The position numbers and the translations under genes were made by a program. This document shows, in pieces, positions 39,201 to 52,957 of a stretch of 64,000 nucleotides of DNA. The number at the start of each line of letters is the position of its first letter. Positions within the stretch are counted from its first letter, which is position 1. The notes under the pieces are model-generated. The model made no database searches and had not been told where the DNA came from. It was given only the letters and a program-made list of their open reading frames with translations. The DNA is from Vermamoeba vermiformis (lineage: Eukaryota), in contig JBEWZL010000219.1 of assembly GCA_045837725.1 (NCBI GenBank), positions 124,001-188,000 of the forward strand, written 5' to 3'.

Positions 39201-42200
39201 AGACTCCGCTCTCCATGACGCAGCAGGGCGGTGCACTCTATGCTGCACGTGCACTCCGTCAGAAGAAGATGCGCGAGGCTGTCAAGCGCGAGTCCTCACG
39301 TGCTCGTGCGCGTCACGTGACGCTGTGTCGTGCCTATCGTGCTGGAGATCTCCCCGATGTTGGCATTGCACCACGCGACTTGTTGCGTCCCCTTGCCACC
39401 CTCGCCACACGTGATGCACCCCTGGCTCGCTTGGCCTGGTCGCACATGATGATCTCACTGGTGCGCACCCTCGACAACAAGAAGAATACCGTCGCTGCTG
39501 CCCTCGCCCCTCTCGTGCGCACACTGCTCACCAAGGTCAGTGCTGCACCACTCGTCTCTGCGCTGTTGCGACTAGCGAGCTCCATTGCCCTGCGCGTGCC
39601 TGCCAAGTCCGTGTCCGCTGCGTCCCTGCGCTCGCTGACCGCACAAGCAGGAGCAGTGGTGATTGAGACGCAGTTGCTCGATTTGTTGGGCATCAGCTCC
39701 AGTGCTCCGAGCAAGGACGTGGAGGAGACGCGCGAGTCTTGGCTGGCCCTCTCCAAAGTGTACAAGGCACTGCGCGAAGAGGACATTCTGCTGGGACTGT
39801 ACGAGAAGAACATATGCAAGCTGTCCCTCACCAAAGAAGCACTCGAAGCAGAGCTGCAAGGTGACTACACACAAGCGTGCAAGAAGTACACGGAAGCGAT
39901 CAATCACCTGGACCAGCACGGTCGCGACAAGACGCAGTGGGCCAACAATCCCCCCACCGACCAGGAGGTAGATCTGTGGGAGAACGGTCTGCTCGAGTGC
40001 TACGTCAAGCTCACGGACTGGGAGCTGTTGAACAAGAACACGCACGCGGAGATTGAAGGACGCACGGAGATGTTGTGGCAAGACAACTATCGCGAGCCTT
40101 ATTTGGGCTATTACGTGCGCAGTAGCATGAAGATCAAGGACAAGTGGCCTGAGCTGTGGCAGTTCATTGACAAGTCTGACGAGCAGCAGAAGCTCATCTT
40201 GGAGCAGCAGTTCAGTGCAGGTACGTGCTATACAGTATATAGTGTTCTCTCAACCAACGGGTCTGACAACACTGTGCAGAGCTCGCCTTCATCTACATTA
40301 CGCGCGATGATTTGGCACGAGCACGCTACTACGTGAATCGCTTCTACCAGCAGTTCCTCGCACAGTGGGCTGCACTGCCTGAGCTGCAGACAGCTGGTCG
40401 GCGCATTCTCTTGCAATCCGTGCAGCGTGTCTACGAGTTGGAGGAGTACCTCAACTTTGTCGACAAGGAGCACAATCTGCTCAACAGGTACCGCGCCCAG
40501 GGACTCATCAAGCGGTGGCGTGAACGCTATCCCTCGCCGCACCTGGACGATGTGAATGTGTGGGAGAACATTGTCGAACAGCGCGCCACACTGCTGGGCA
40601 AGTTGAGTGAACGATTCAGTGCCTTCTGGAGCAACAAACTCGACGACACCGAGGTACGGTCAGTATAGCAATAGTAGTACTGTATCATTGTATTGACGTG
40701 TGACTAGCTGCCCGAGGCCCTGGTGAATGCACGACGCCGTTCGAATCAAGGACTGGGCTCACCCCTCAAGAAGATCAATCTCAGCGAGGTGAAGCACATG
40801 CTGATCGATGAGCGCGTGGATATATACCGTGCTATGGCCACTGGTGCGCGCAAACAAGGCAATTTCAGCGTGGCAGACAAGTATCTGCGGCTGTCACTCA
40901 AAGCCAAGGACAAGGACAAGAAGAAGGACTTTGACTTCCCGTTCTTCACCTCGCTCGTCAAGCTGCACTGTTTGAAGGCGCAGAACTCGCGGCACAATGT
41001 CGATGCCGTGGACAAGTTCGCCAAGGCCCTCAAGTACTTGGAGGGCAAGAAGCACGAAGAGGTGATTGTGCACCAGCCCGACAACAGACGCAAGTTCCTG
41101 ATGATGGAAGGTGACATCTATCATCACCTCTATCAACTCGCGCGCGACTATCCTGCCGCGGTGGTGGACAGTGCGAACAAGAACCACTTGGACGAGTTGA
41201 TGGACAAGTGCACTGCAAAGACCGTTGAAGATCAGCTCTTGCAGCTCACACTCAACACCTACGACACCGCTGCTAGTATCGTGCAGGGAGTGGACAGGAG
41301 TCGCGATGCCTCGCTCGATCAGAGTCGCGATGAAAGTGCTTTTGCAGCCTCAGTGGTAAGTATTATTAGTACATGCGTACAGCACAGTCACTAATACCGT
41401 GCAGAAATCATCGGCCAAATCATTGCTCAAATTCGGACTGTTCTGCGACGAGGCCATTAAATCGATCGAGGATGGCAAGAAGAGTGCGCAGTCTCTCGAA
41501 GTGCTCAAAGAAAAGATGATTGTCGTGATATTAGAGGCCATGAGACTAGGCAGTCCTGCTGCACGCGACAGATTCCCTCGACTGCTGCAGCTGCTCTACG
41601 GTGAGGCTGAGGCTAAAAATAGCGTGCTGGGCGAGAGCTTTGCCAACACATGCAAGACGATACCGTGCTGGATGTTCATTCGCTGGACCTCGCAGATGAT
41701 GGCAGTGCTCAGCAAGGCTGAAGCTGCCTTTGTACTGCCCATCTTGATCGAGATTGGCGAGCAGTACCCGCAAGCACTCTACTATCAGTTCAAAATCTCC
41801 ACCGAGAACATTGTGGCCTATCAGTACCGCGAAGGCTCTGCGACCATGAATCAACTGCGCAAGCTCAAGCGTGCCATGCAGCACGATCTGCTCGACGTGT
41901 TCGTGTCGCAGCTGGAGAAGATGACGCATCCCGAGCATCGCTTCAAGGACTGGACCGATGCACTCAAGCCACTCATGCACGCAGACGTGGCACAGCGCGA
42001 TGCAGCAGCGATCAAGCAGTTGTGGAGTGAGATATGGACCGACTGCTTTGACAGCAAGCAGCCACATCTCGGCAGCTACAACAAGCAGTTCGCGACTACC
42101 TACGCCAAGCTGGTGGAGGGTGTGTTCGGTGCCGATGGCAGCAAGCTCGTGACGCTCGATGTGACCAAGCTGAACAAGACCATTCAAGAGCTGAGCGAGA

Positions 42201-43658
42201 AGATGCGCAAGAACATGGGCTCCAATCAGACCGTCAAACAACGCCTCACTGAGTTCTCGCTGTGGCTGGCACGCTTCGACCAATCAGAGCACACGCAGTA
42301 CATTGAACTGCCTGGTCAGTACAAGGGCGATGTCAAGCCACAGCCGCACTATCACGTGCACATTGCTTCGTTCGACGAATCACTCCTCGTCATGGGCTCC
42401 ATGCGCAAGCCCAAGCGACTGAAGATGCGCGGCAATGATGAGCGCGACTATCCGTTCTTAGTGAAGGGTGGTGAGGACTTGCGATTGGATCAGCGCATTC
42501 AACAGCTGTTCAGCGTGATGAATCAGATACTGCAACAAGATCCGCACACCTCGAGTCGCAGACTGCACTTGCACACCTATCAAGTGATACCCATGACCAA
42601 TCGTGTGGGTATCATTGAGTGGCTCGAGAACACCAAGCCCGTCAAAGCAATCATCGAAGAAGAGCTGCAGCAACGAGAGGGCAGCGAGCAGTCCATTCTC
42701 AAGATCAAAGCCGCGCAGATGCACGACAACTGGATCAAGAACTACGCCAAGTTCATCAACACCAAGACACCCTCAGTCTCGGACATGTACTACGCCATGT
42801 TCAAGCACGCTACGCGCAAGGACACCACGATCAAGATGAACGCGCAGCACGACACGGTGTCTTGGAATCTGCTGCGCAGTGGCATTGAAGCACTCAGCAC
42901 CTCACCCGAGGCCTATCTCATCTTGCGCGACACATTTGCGCGCTCACTGGCCGTGTTCTCCATTTGCTCGTACATTATTGGCATTGGTGACCGTCACTTG
43001 GACAACTTTTTGATCAATCTCAAGAGCGGTGCTATCGTTGGCATTGACTTTGGACACGCATTCGGCACAGCAACGCAGTTCTTGCCCATTCCAGAACTGA
43101 TTCCGTTCCGTCTCACGCGTCAGTTCACCAACTTCTTGCTGCCTCTGGATCGCGAGGGCCTGCTCAAACACACCATGGTGCACACGCTGCAAGCACTGCA
43201 GAATGGCAAGGATATACTGCTGAACACGATGGATGTGTTCGTGCAAGAGCCGCTGTTGGACTGGCAGAAACTAGCGCGACGATTGGCTGCAGCACAAGGC
43301 GCGGAGAAGGGTAAATGACTTTGACACGTGTCACATAAGTCAGCTAACTAACATTCATGCAACAGATGAGCAACAGATCTGGTTCCCTAAGAAGAAAATT
43401 GAAATTGCCAAGCAGAAGCTCGAATTGTTCAATCCTGCGTACATCACGCTTGGCGAACTAACCGGATCCATTCACCACAACAAAAATTACATGGCAGCGC
43501 TGAAAGACATTGTCCTTGGTGACCCTAAAGTCAACCCTCGCGCACTCGTTAAAGAAAAGTGTCAATCTACTACCCAACAAGTTGAGTGCTTGATCGATCA
43601 GGCAACAGATCCAAACATTCTCGGCAGATCTTGGGGAGGTTGGGCTTCTTGGATTTAG
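30223..43658 (+). CDS. PRKDC: DNA-dependent protein kinase catalytic subunit (about 4100 aa); three apparent frameshifts
   Basis: 'FPLVSGFYKLL', 'DRQTKVAACELLHS', 'EQLFEPL..Q.IHWFT'-like block, 'RAYRAGDLPDV', FAT region, 'YPQALYY', kinase 'SMRKPKR...FLVKGGEDLRLDQRIQQLF', 'GIGDRHLDNFL', 'IDFGHAFG', FATC 'CLIDQATDPNILGRSWGGWASWI*'. Confidence 0.95.
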
Positions 43659-43760
43659 ATTGTAACCTGATGTACCATAAACTATATTGTACAAGTTTTA
43701 ATTAATTTGGTCTTTTTATTGTGCACGTATTTACAATGATATTTCGCGGTTTTTGAGTAT

Positions 43761-46700
43761 TTAATCGTCCGTGTCTTCCATCTTCAACAAGATCTTCTTG
43801 GCGTAATCAACCAGATTCTTGGCGAAGGCAGAGTCAGCAGCATTGATGTGCTGAGCAACGATTTGCAGTGTTTGATGCGCGTCCTTGGGTCGAGGAATCA
43901 GCACGCGGTACAGAGCGCGCTTGGCAGCAGTGACGACAGGCGGTGCATCGCTCTCTTTGGTGGCTTCGAGCATTTGTCGCACGATCTTGGCGAGCACAGC
44001 GATGAGTGCAGTGTCTTGTGCTTGTTTGCTCTTGGTCAGACCAATCAAGCGTGTGGCAGCCAATGTGTCGTTGGTCTTGCATCCACCACCAACAGCGTGC
44101 ATGGCAGCGACTTTGACGTCAGTGCTCGAGTCAGTGACGATCACATTCGAGTCTGCCAGTCGTTCCAATGAGCTCTCGACTAAGTGCGTCACTTCTTCCG
44201 CTTGAGCTGCATCGAGTTTGGCGGACAACACAGCCTCCAACACAAAGCAAGCAGCTTCACGCACTTGCGCGGTCTTGTGGCTGAGTGCTGCAGTGACGTA
44301 GGGCATGAAGCGTTGGTGGAGATAGAGCAGCGATGCGGGCACAGTGGTCAATGTGTAGGCAATCACCCACAGTCCGCTCTGCAGTGTGGGCCAGTCGCTG
44401 TCCGAGAGATCAATCATCACGTCACCGATCAGATCTTTCACGTCGTCTTCACTCGCGAGCTTGCAGTAATAGCCAGTCACTTGTGCTGCATTTCTGCGCG
44501 TGAACTCTTCGTCGTTACTCAACATTTGCTCCAAGTTCTTGCGCAGATCTTGCATGGACTGCGGTGAGGGCTTGGCAGCGGCAGCGTTCTTCACTAGTGC
44601 CGTCAAGAGCAGCTTCAATGCCTGCAAGACGTGCTGCGGCGAGACATCGCTGGCAGTGCTCTCGCTGAGTGCTTTGAAGATGTCTTTCAGCAAGAAGTCA
44701 ATCTTGGCGCCCAATTCGAGCAGGAGTGACACGCCTTGTGCTGCTTCGTGACGCACTTCCATTTCATTCTCCTTGTCGTACAGCTGCTTGATGAGGATCG
44801 ATTGCAACTGCACTGCAAAGGCACGCAGATGAGCAGGCACCAAGCGCATCATAGTCACAATGCAGTCCAACAGTGCCATGCGCACTTTGCTGGTGGAGCC
44901 AGTGCGTTCACTGAGAATACGAATGTGCGGACCCATGAGCACCATGACATATGCCTTGAGTGCATTGACCTCGCACAGCTGCATCATCAACTTGATGCCC
45001 TGACAGGCTTTGATACGCGCACTCGAGGAGTTGATGCGCAGCACTTGCAAGTAGACGTTGATAGGTTGTGTGAGTGCTTTGGGCAGCGAGAGACCTGCCA
45101 AATGTTTCACACCGCTCTTGGCGAGGTCGTCAGCGATGCTGTCCAAGATCTCAGTCATGCTCGTCACGTAGTTCAATTGACTAGCTTCGTCCTTGGCAGC
45201 GGATTGAGTCAGACTCTCCAGGGCTTGCACTGCAGCAGCGCGCACTGGCTCAGCAGCATCGGCGAGCAGCTTGACCGCGATGATCAAGAGACCGTGCAAG
45301 TGCGCGGTCACAGAGGCATTGGACTCGCGCACGTAGCTGGCGAGCAGTGAGGCAGTGGCTTGACGCACTTGCGGGTCAGAGCTCTCCGTGGCGAGGCGTG
45401 TGATGACAGCGAACAGTTGCGAGTGACCGTCTTCGCGCACACTGTTGGCCACACGCACAGCAGCATGCAACACATCTTCAGTGCCTGCTTCAGCGAGCAG
45501 CGTGGACAAGATGGTGTCGAGGTGTGCGTAGAGATCTGAGCCACTGACTTCAGCGACTGAGCCGAGAGCACGGGCATTGAAAGCAGTGATGGGCGGTGTG
45601 AGGAGCTTGGGCACAATGATGGGCAGCAAGACACGACTGCGCACACGCAACATCTGACTGAGACCACTGAGGGCCAAGTGACTCTGTGTCTTGTCCGCAG
45701 AGTCGAGTTGTGTGAGCAGTGGCGGCAAGAGGTCATCAATCGCCTTGTTGCCCACAGCGCGGTACATCAAATCGAAGGTCTGACCTGCAGCATCGCGCAC
45801 TTGTTCGAGGGGATCGCAGAGCACCATGCGCAGACTGGGCATCAACTGGTCCAAGAACTGCGGCAGTTGCAGACTAGCAGCGCTGTTGATCACCTCTGCC
45901 ATGCCGAGACACACTCCTTGACGCGTGTGCATGTTGGAGTCAGTCTGATCTTGCAAGCCTTGCTCCAGGGTCGGAATGATCTGGGGCAGCACTCGCTCAC
46001 CCAGCTTGTCCACTACATCGCCCAATGTCTTGCTGGCCACCATGCGCTTCTCGTCGTTAGAACTGCCCAAGCAGCCAATGATGGTCTGCATCAAGGTGCT
46101 GATGATCTGACGCAGGGTCTTGGGTGTGTTGACCACAATAGTCTTCCAGAAGTAGGTGGCAGTTTGACGCACGACAGCATTGGTGTCAAATCGAGCCATG
46201 TACAGTGCCGCTAAGATGCCACTGCGACTCTCATCCTGCAACATGAGCGAGAGATCTTTGCGTGCGAATGCATCGTCAGTGTTGCCAGCGGTGGAGATCA
46301 GGTAGAGCAAGTCACCCAAGAGCTGCACACTGCTCTGTCTGATGCGCCAGTTGTCGTCGAACACGCCCTTCTCGAGAATGGGCAGCAGTGTGTCGAGGGC
46401 AGTGAAGGCGTACTTGTTCACCACTGCACGGCCTGCTTTGAGTGCTGCATCGCGCACAGGCTCGGTCTCATCAGCGAGGGCTTGAATGACTACGGGCAGC
46501 AGTGTGGGGATGTACGGGATCAAGTGCTGACCGAGCGAGTCGGGCAAGTACTGGAAGATGGACACAAAGCCTTGACGCATGTAGGGCTTGGCGGCACGGC
46601 ACTGCTGCATGATGAGCGGCAACAGTTCCTTCTCAAAGCGGTGTTCGCGCTCCTTGTGCTGCGCTGCGGGCTTGTCTTCGTCCTCATCGCTGTCAGAGGT

Positions 46701-49700
46701 GTGTTCGCGCTGTTGCATCGAGACTTCGAGGTCTTCAATCGAGCCAATCACTTCAGCAATGCCCTGTGCTGCTCCGCTGCGCTCAACTTCACCCAAGTTC
46801 GGGGCCTTGATGGTCTCAATCAAGTGTGCAATCAGTTCGTTGCTCGTCTGGTGCATGGAGATCTCTCCGCCAGTAGACTCCATGTCACGCATGCCACGCA
46901 ACAATGAGCCGAGGGCACGCGCAGCAGTAGAACGCGTGGTGGGATTGGGGTCCATGACGAGTGTCTTCATCTGCTGCACCATGGAGGTGAGGTAGGGACT
47001 CAAGTCCTTGTGTTCAGTCAGCTGACACATGTTGCCCACAATCTGCGCGGCCTTCGTCTTCACTTCAGCACTGCGATCAGTCAGCGCGCGGTCCAGAATA
47101 GGCATCAACAGACTGAGACTGGGTGCGTCAATGTGGTGCACAAAGTTGGTGCGCAAGAGTGCGTCGAGCACTTGCGACATGGTCTCGGGCGTGGCGTCAT
47201 CCACTGCCTTCAACATGAGTGGCACGTGCACTTGAATTTCAGGGTTCTTGATCACAGAACCAATGGCCTTGAGGGCATTCTGCGCGGCACTCTGGACCTT
47301 GGGATGCGTGTCCGTGAGCTGCGCAATCAGCTTGGGCACAATGGTCGGCAGGGCAGTGGAGAGTTGACCAGGCTGCAACCAAGCCATGGAGCCCAAGAGA
47401 TCAATGGCACCTTGCTTCGTACGCCACGTCTTGTCTTCGAGTGCCTTGGTGAGGGCTGGCAACACCAACTTGACACCGTGTGCGCGCAGTTGTGACATGA
47501 TGGCCTTGGCTGCACCTTTAGTCGCATCGCGCACTTCAGCACTGGTGTCACCGAAGCACGAGAGCAGCGAGGGCAAGATGTGGATCACATAGGGCTCAAA
47601 GACACGGCCCAGGATGCGACTCAGTGCCTCAAAGGCGAACATGGCACCTTGACGTGCAGAGTGACTCTTCTTGTTCTCCACACCGTCTTGCAACAGCTTG
47701 TCAGTCACGGCGTACTTCTTGATGGCTGCAACACCGAGACCCTTCACCAGGCCAGCTAGACCATAAGCACCTCCTTTGCGCACACCGTAACTGCCACCGT
47801 TGATGCACATGCCAATGCAGCGCGTGATGAGCTGTTCGGCGCGGTCTTGTTGACCAGCAATCAAGTGCACCAAGCACTCGGAGATGGCGCGTTGTACGGG
47901 CTCAGAAGGTGTTTCGAGCACTTCAATCAGCTTGTCGGTCACCGATTCGCGGCGCGGGTCTTTGGCTCCCAAGTGACGTGCGACAGTGCCCATGAAAATG
48001 ACCACTGACTCGCGCGCTTGATGTTCTTGCGGACTGGTGGGCAGAGGTCCATCGAGATAGGTCTGCAGCACGGGCAAGATGACACCGTTGTGCACGGCAC
48101 CCTGTTGATTGATCAAGTCGATGCCACCCTCCATCAACACTTGGAAGATGTCGGGCTCGTGTTCTTCGAGCAAGGCAGTGTGAATCAAGAAGGTGATCAC
48201 TTGCGGCAAGATCTCAGCTTGTTTGCTGATCGTGGCAGGCAAAGTGGCCAATTGACGCATGGTCTCAGCCACACCCCAGCGCCACATGATCCAGTCGTAG
48301 GGGGTCTGTGGCTCACCAACGTTCTGCTTGGTGGTGACGCGGCCAATGATCTGCGACTGATTGGCTGCTGCGGCACTCAAGGCACGCTCCTTCTCGTGCT
48401 TGGAGGGCGAGTGCTCGTTGAAGATGACGAACAGCTGCTGCATGGTAGACAAGTAGCTCTCGGGATAGAGCTCAATGGCGCCCACAATGCCGCATGCCAC
48501 CATGCGACGTGTGGACTCCTCGCCAGTCATCAAGCCAGCACTGAGCATGGCAAAGTAGTTCTGCGGCAAGTTGCGACTGAAGTTGGTGGTGAATGCAGCC
48601 CAGTTCTGATCGGCCACGCGCTTGATGTCTGCTTCAGCATCGAAGCGTGACAGCCAGAGATCAGCCACGAACTGATCGTCAAACACCTCCGATGCGAGCT
48701 TGGACACCCCTGATGCGAGTGCTTGCGCTGCTGATTGGCGCGTGTACGAGCTCGGGTGCAAGAGAGAGCGGTGCAAGAGCTGCAAGTGATAGGCAGTGAG
48801 TGCCTTGTGTCCGTGATTGACAAAGTTGAGCAGCAGTGTCTGGGCCTTGCGCTCGTTGGGTGTGAGGGTCTGTTGCAGATCTGCGAGTGAACCCTCAGCG
48901 AGTGCGGTGATGTAGCACAAGAGCTTGATGGTCTGCGCAGAGGTGGTGTGGTGCAAGTGCAGTTCAATGGCATTGAGTGCTTGACTCTGCGGCTGCACTT
49001 GAGCGGTGAAGCCCTCTTGTTGCGAGACATCCACACTGCCCTCCAACAGCGCTGCAATCACTGGCTGCAGCAGTGCGTAGCCTGAAGGGGACTGTGCGGC
49101 ACTCGATTGATTCACTGTGCGCAACACGTCCACGTCCTCCAGCGTGTAGTACACGGCATGTTCGCGCTTGTCGTAGAAGGAGAAGATCGGAGTGTGCGAC
49201 AGCGAGGTGAGCCACTCGTCCTTCAACAAGACTCGTGTGCGACGACTGAGGGAGAGCAGCGAGCGGCTGAGTTGACGTGCCAGACCCTGATTGGGCACTG
49301 AGGTGTGCACAAAGGCAGCGAGGGTCTGACCAGCCAAGTCAGCGTAGGTCGCGACACTGGACAGCGCGAAGACACGCGGCACCAGCGAGAACATTTGTGT
49401 GTGCAGCCACTTGTTGGCCACGGCCTTGCTGCCTGCAGCAATGTAGCGCAGAGCCAAGAGACCTGCCTGCAAGCGCACGAAGAGCGCGAAGACCTGTTGA
49501 CGCGTGGTGTGCTCGACACGACGTTGTTCTTCGACCAGCACAGCGAGGGCCTTCTCTTCCTCTTCTTGCTGCTGCTTCTTCTCGCGTTCTAAGCGCTTTT
49601 GCACCTCCCAGTCCTCTTCTTTCTTGCCCTTGGCTTGCGTGGCCTTCTCACGCTTGGCACCAGGACGCTTGTTGGGATCATTCTTGTAAATATCTGCGAC

Positions 49701-52477
49701 GGTGATCTGTTTGTACAATTGACCTTCAGGAGTGTTGAACACGCTGATGTCTTCAGATTTGAGCGCGAACCAGGCCTCAGGATCAATCAGTGCAGTGCTC
49801 GCTTGCACCACGCTGTCAATCAAACGTTGTTTGTCTGCATCGGCCTTGTCATCGTCACCTGTGGGCCGTGACGCTGTGCTGGCGAGCAAGTGCAGCACGG
49901 AGACTGCCGCGAGACGCATGTGCACGTGCGGACTGACGAGCCCTTGTTCACTGAACAGCGCAGTCTTCAATGCATCCACGTGCTCCAAATAGAGCTTGTA
50001 CTCGTGCGGGTATTGTTGTTGATACAGCTTGTGATAGATCGAGGTCCACAGCGTGTGTTGTGCGACGTGGACGATTGCAGGGTGATGCGCGAGCAGGAGT
50101 GCATTGACGAGCACGCGTGCAGTGAGTGCCGCGTCCTCTTGCGCGACAGTGATGCTCTGCACCATGCGACCCAAGATCTTGAAGGGCACTTTGGTCACAA
50201 TGAAGTGCGGCACTTCAGTGAGGGTGGAGAGGGACTTCTTGAGTGGCTGATCGACTTGTTTGCACAGCTTGATCACCTGTTGCGTGGCACTCTCGAGCAG
50301 CACGGGTGAGATGTGACGCGATTGAGCCACTGCACCTTCAATCGTCTTCAACAGCTCTACTCTGCTCTTCTTGCTCAACTTTTGTTGCTTCAACAGCGTG
50401 ACAATCACCAAGTCGCAGACGTGACGGTGCGCACTGACACGTGTCAAGTGTCGGATGATCAGCACACTCAACAGGTCCATCAGGGACAACATGGATCGTT
50501 CATCGAGTTTGTCCACCAGTTCGTATTCATTGGCCACTAAGAAGCTGTCGGTGTTGCCGAGACTGAACTCCCACACCTTGTCTTGTTGCAATTTGCCACT
50601 CACGTCCTCGCTCACCGCGGCCAAATTAGTCAATACGACCAGGGCGAGCAATCCTTCCACAGCCAGTGCTGGCTTCTGCTTGACAATCAACACTTTGTCT
50701 GTCAGTGCCTTGGACAGAGCTGCAAAGTCCTTGGCCTTGGTGAGTGCCGCAGTGATGGGTGCATCCGTGGCACGTGATTGACGCGTCACAGTGCTCAGTG
50801 CGTGCAAGTACAATTTGCGCTTCTCTTCAGTGGCTGCACAATGAATAGAACAACAATGAGTAACCACATTCAGCGTTATCGGTCGCAGCACTTACCAGCA
50901 GTGTCACTCACGCCGTCCTTGAAGAACTGCACCACCTCATTCACGTAGCTGTCAGCGGTGTAGAGACTCAACCAAGTGCCGAGTGCATTCAAATAGCGGG
51001 CCAGGACATCCATGTTGGCTTCAGTCTTGGCTGCTTTCATCAACAGCGCCACGTGTTGCTCGATCACGCTGCTGGCCAATTTGACACCGTGTGATTCGCA
51101 CGGAATAGCCGCAGTGCGCATGGCGTGCACGAGACCAGAGCGCTGATACCACGCTGCGAGGTACTTGACAGTCTTGTTGGCCAGCACGGGATTGGTGCTG
51201 AGCGTGGTCTTGTTGAGTGCGAGGTCTGCAGTGCTGGTGAGCACGGACCAGATCTTGCTGAGCAGTTCAGTGACGAGCAGTGCCACTTGATCACGTGATT
51301 CAGCAGTGTCACCGACCACAATCAGCTGCATCAAACGTTCAAAGATGTGTTCCGCCTGTTGACGCTGTGCATCGTCCTTGTTCTGAATCTGATCGAGCAG
51401 CACGGACTGCAAGTGTTCTTTGAAGTACGGTGCGACATTGACCTGCACGTGCGTGAAGAAGTGATCGCACACCACCAGCGCCAGCTCAGCATTGCGCTTG
51501 ATGAGGCGACTGATGTTGGGCAAGTAGAGGGTCTTGAACAGCTCGTCGTCGCGAGGTTTGAGTTGTTTGAGTAGCGGCACAAAGTCATTCAATTGACTGC
51601 TCTGTGGCTTGGCGCGCAGACCTGTCAACACGACTTTGACGTAGGTCTGACTGAGCGCGGATTTGACGCTGTCGTCCATGGGCTGAAGCAGCGACAACAA
51701 GCGCACCAGCAACAGGCCCTTGGTCTGCGTGAGTTCACTGACGGCCTCTTGTTGTGTCAGGGCTTGTTGGCGCAGCACGGGCACATGACGCAACACTTTG
51801 ACGACGCGGCGCACAATGCCGCTGGTCCACTTGACGAGGTGCGCGGAGTTGTCGACGAGTGTCACCAAGTCCTCCACGACACGCTTGAGCACTGCTGGGG
51901 GCAACACTTCGAGACGCGCGTTCAGTGCACGCAACGAGTACACGACCAGATCAGTCAGATGTGACAACTGATAGGCCAGCAAATGATGGCTGCTCGCTAC
52001 ACTGCTCTGTAGTTTGGTCTGCCACTTGGCAGCGAGTGTTGGGGCCTGCCAGCCGAGCAAGAGTGCTTTAATCACTGACGAGTCTTGGCGCCAGATCCAC
52101 GACTGGGTCAGGGTTGGTCCCCACATAAGATCGACTCCTTGAGTTACATCTACAGTCATTATTTGTTAGCAATCATGTCATTCGAGGACACGAGGTGGCG
52201 TACGAGCAAAATAAAATACAAAAAAAAACAAAAAAACAATATTAAAAATTCAGTAAAATGCCAATAAATAATTGAAGGTACATCTAACAATACATGCACT
52301 GATACCGTAAATTTAATCGCTTTAATCTGCGAAAGCGTCATAAAATGTTCGATCAAATAAATCTGATCTGTTACCTTGTTCGCTTGAAACCTGGGACAAG
52401 ATGGATTTTAATTCTTCTATGTTTATAATTTCAGCCTTCAAGGCCTCTTTTAATAACGGCAGCGGTTCACTGCTCAT
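43761..52477 (-). CDS. GCN1: GCN1 (eIF2alpha kinase GCN2 activator), HEAT-repeat protein
   Basis: Exons approx. 52477-52375, 52150-50897 and 50833-43761. Motifs 'RKGGAYGLAGLVKGLG', 'FEPYVIHILP', 'HGVKLVLP', 'WRTKQGAIDLLGSMA', 'IDAPSLSL', 'NWRIRQSSVQLLGDLL', 'WKTIVVNTPKTL'. Confidence 0.95.
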
Positions 52478-52957
52478 TTTCAAGTTGTATGATAAGTAGA
52501 TTGGAGATGTCCAAACAAAATAAGACCGATTTTAAATAAATAAGATTGGTCTTGCTTGACTCTTCCAATATGGGCTACTACCAATAATGAGTCCAAAAGA
52601 GAAACGGGTGAGAATAAAAAGACGCGAAGAAAATAATATCTTCCTTTTTAGGCAAAGTCACGTGGTGCGAGTCAGGTCTCGGTACATTAGCGAAACTTAA
52701 CTCTTCGCGTATTGGGTGTACGCAGTGAAGTGCTACCACACTCAATTGCATCACGCTCAACCAATTATAATCTAACTAACTAGCATCGTGATTGATGTTT
52801 GCCCGGCAGAAGAAAAAGATTCTCCGGTGCCTAAAAATCTTTCTCGCCGCAAGCTGGTCAAACTCAACGTTCAGCGCACTATTGCAACACATTGCTTGAA
52901 TTCTAGTGAATACTGTATAGTACTCACGAACTTGTATATATATAGTTCATTGCGCGA
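52478..52957. promoter_or_regulatory. Divergent promoter region (GCN1 / CH-coiled-coil gene) with clustered CCAAT boxes and a GTCACGTG E-box
   Basis: ATTGG/CCAAT near 52500, 52545, 52565, 52581 and 52761; 'gtcacgtg' near 52657. Function is inferred only. Confidence 0.35.

Noticed and set aside
26620-52477. Functional cluster of giant helical-repeat genes (NAA25, DNA-PKcs, GCN1)
   Set aside because: Unrelated pathways; adjacency in a compact genome needs no special explanation without synteny data.
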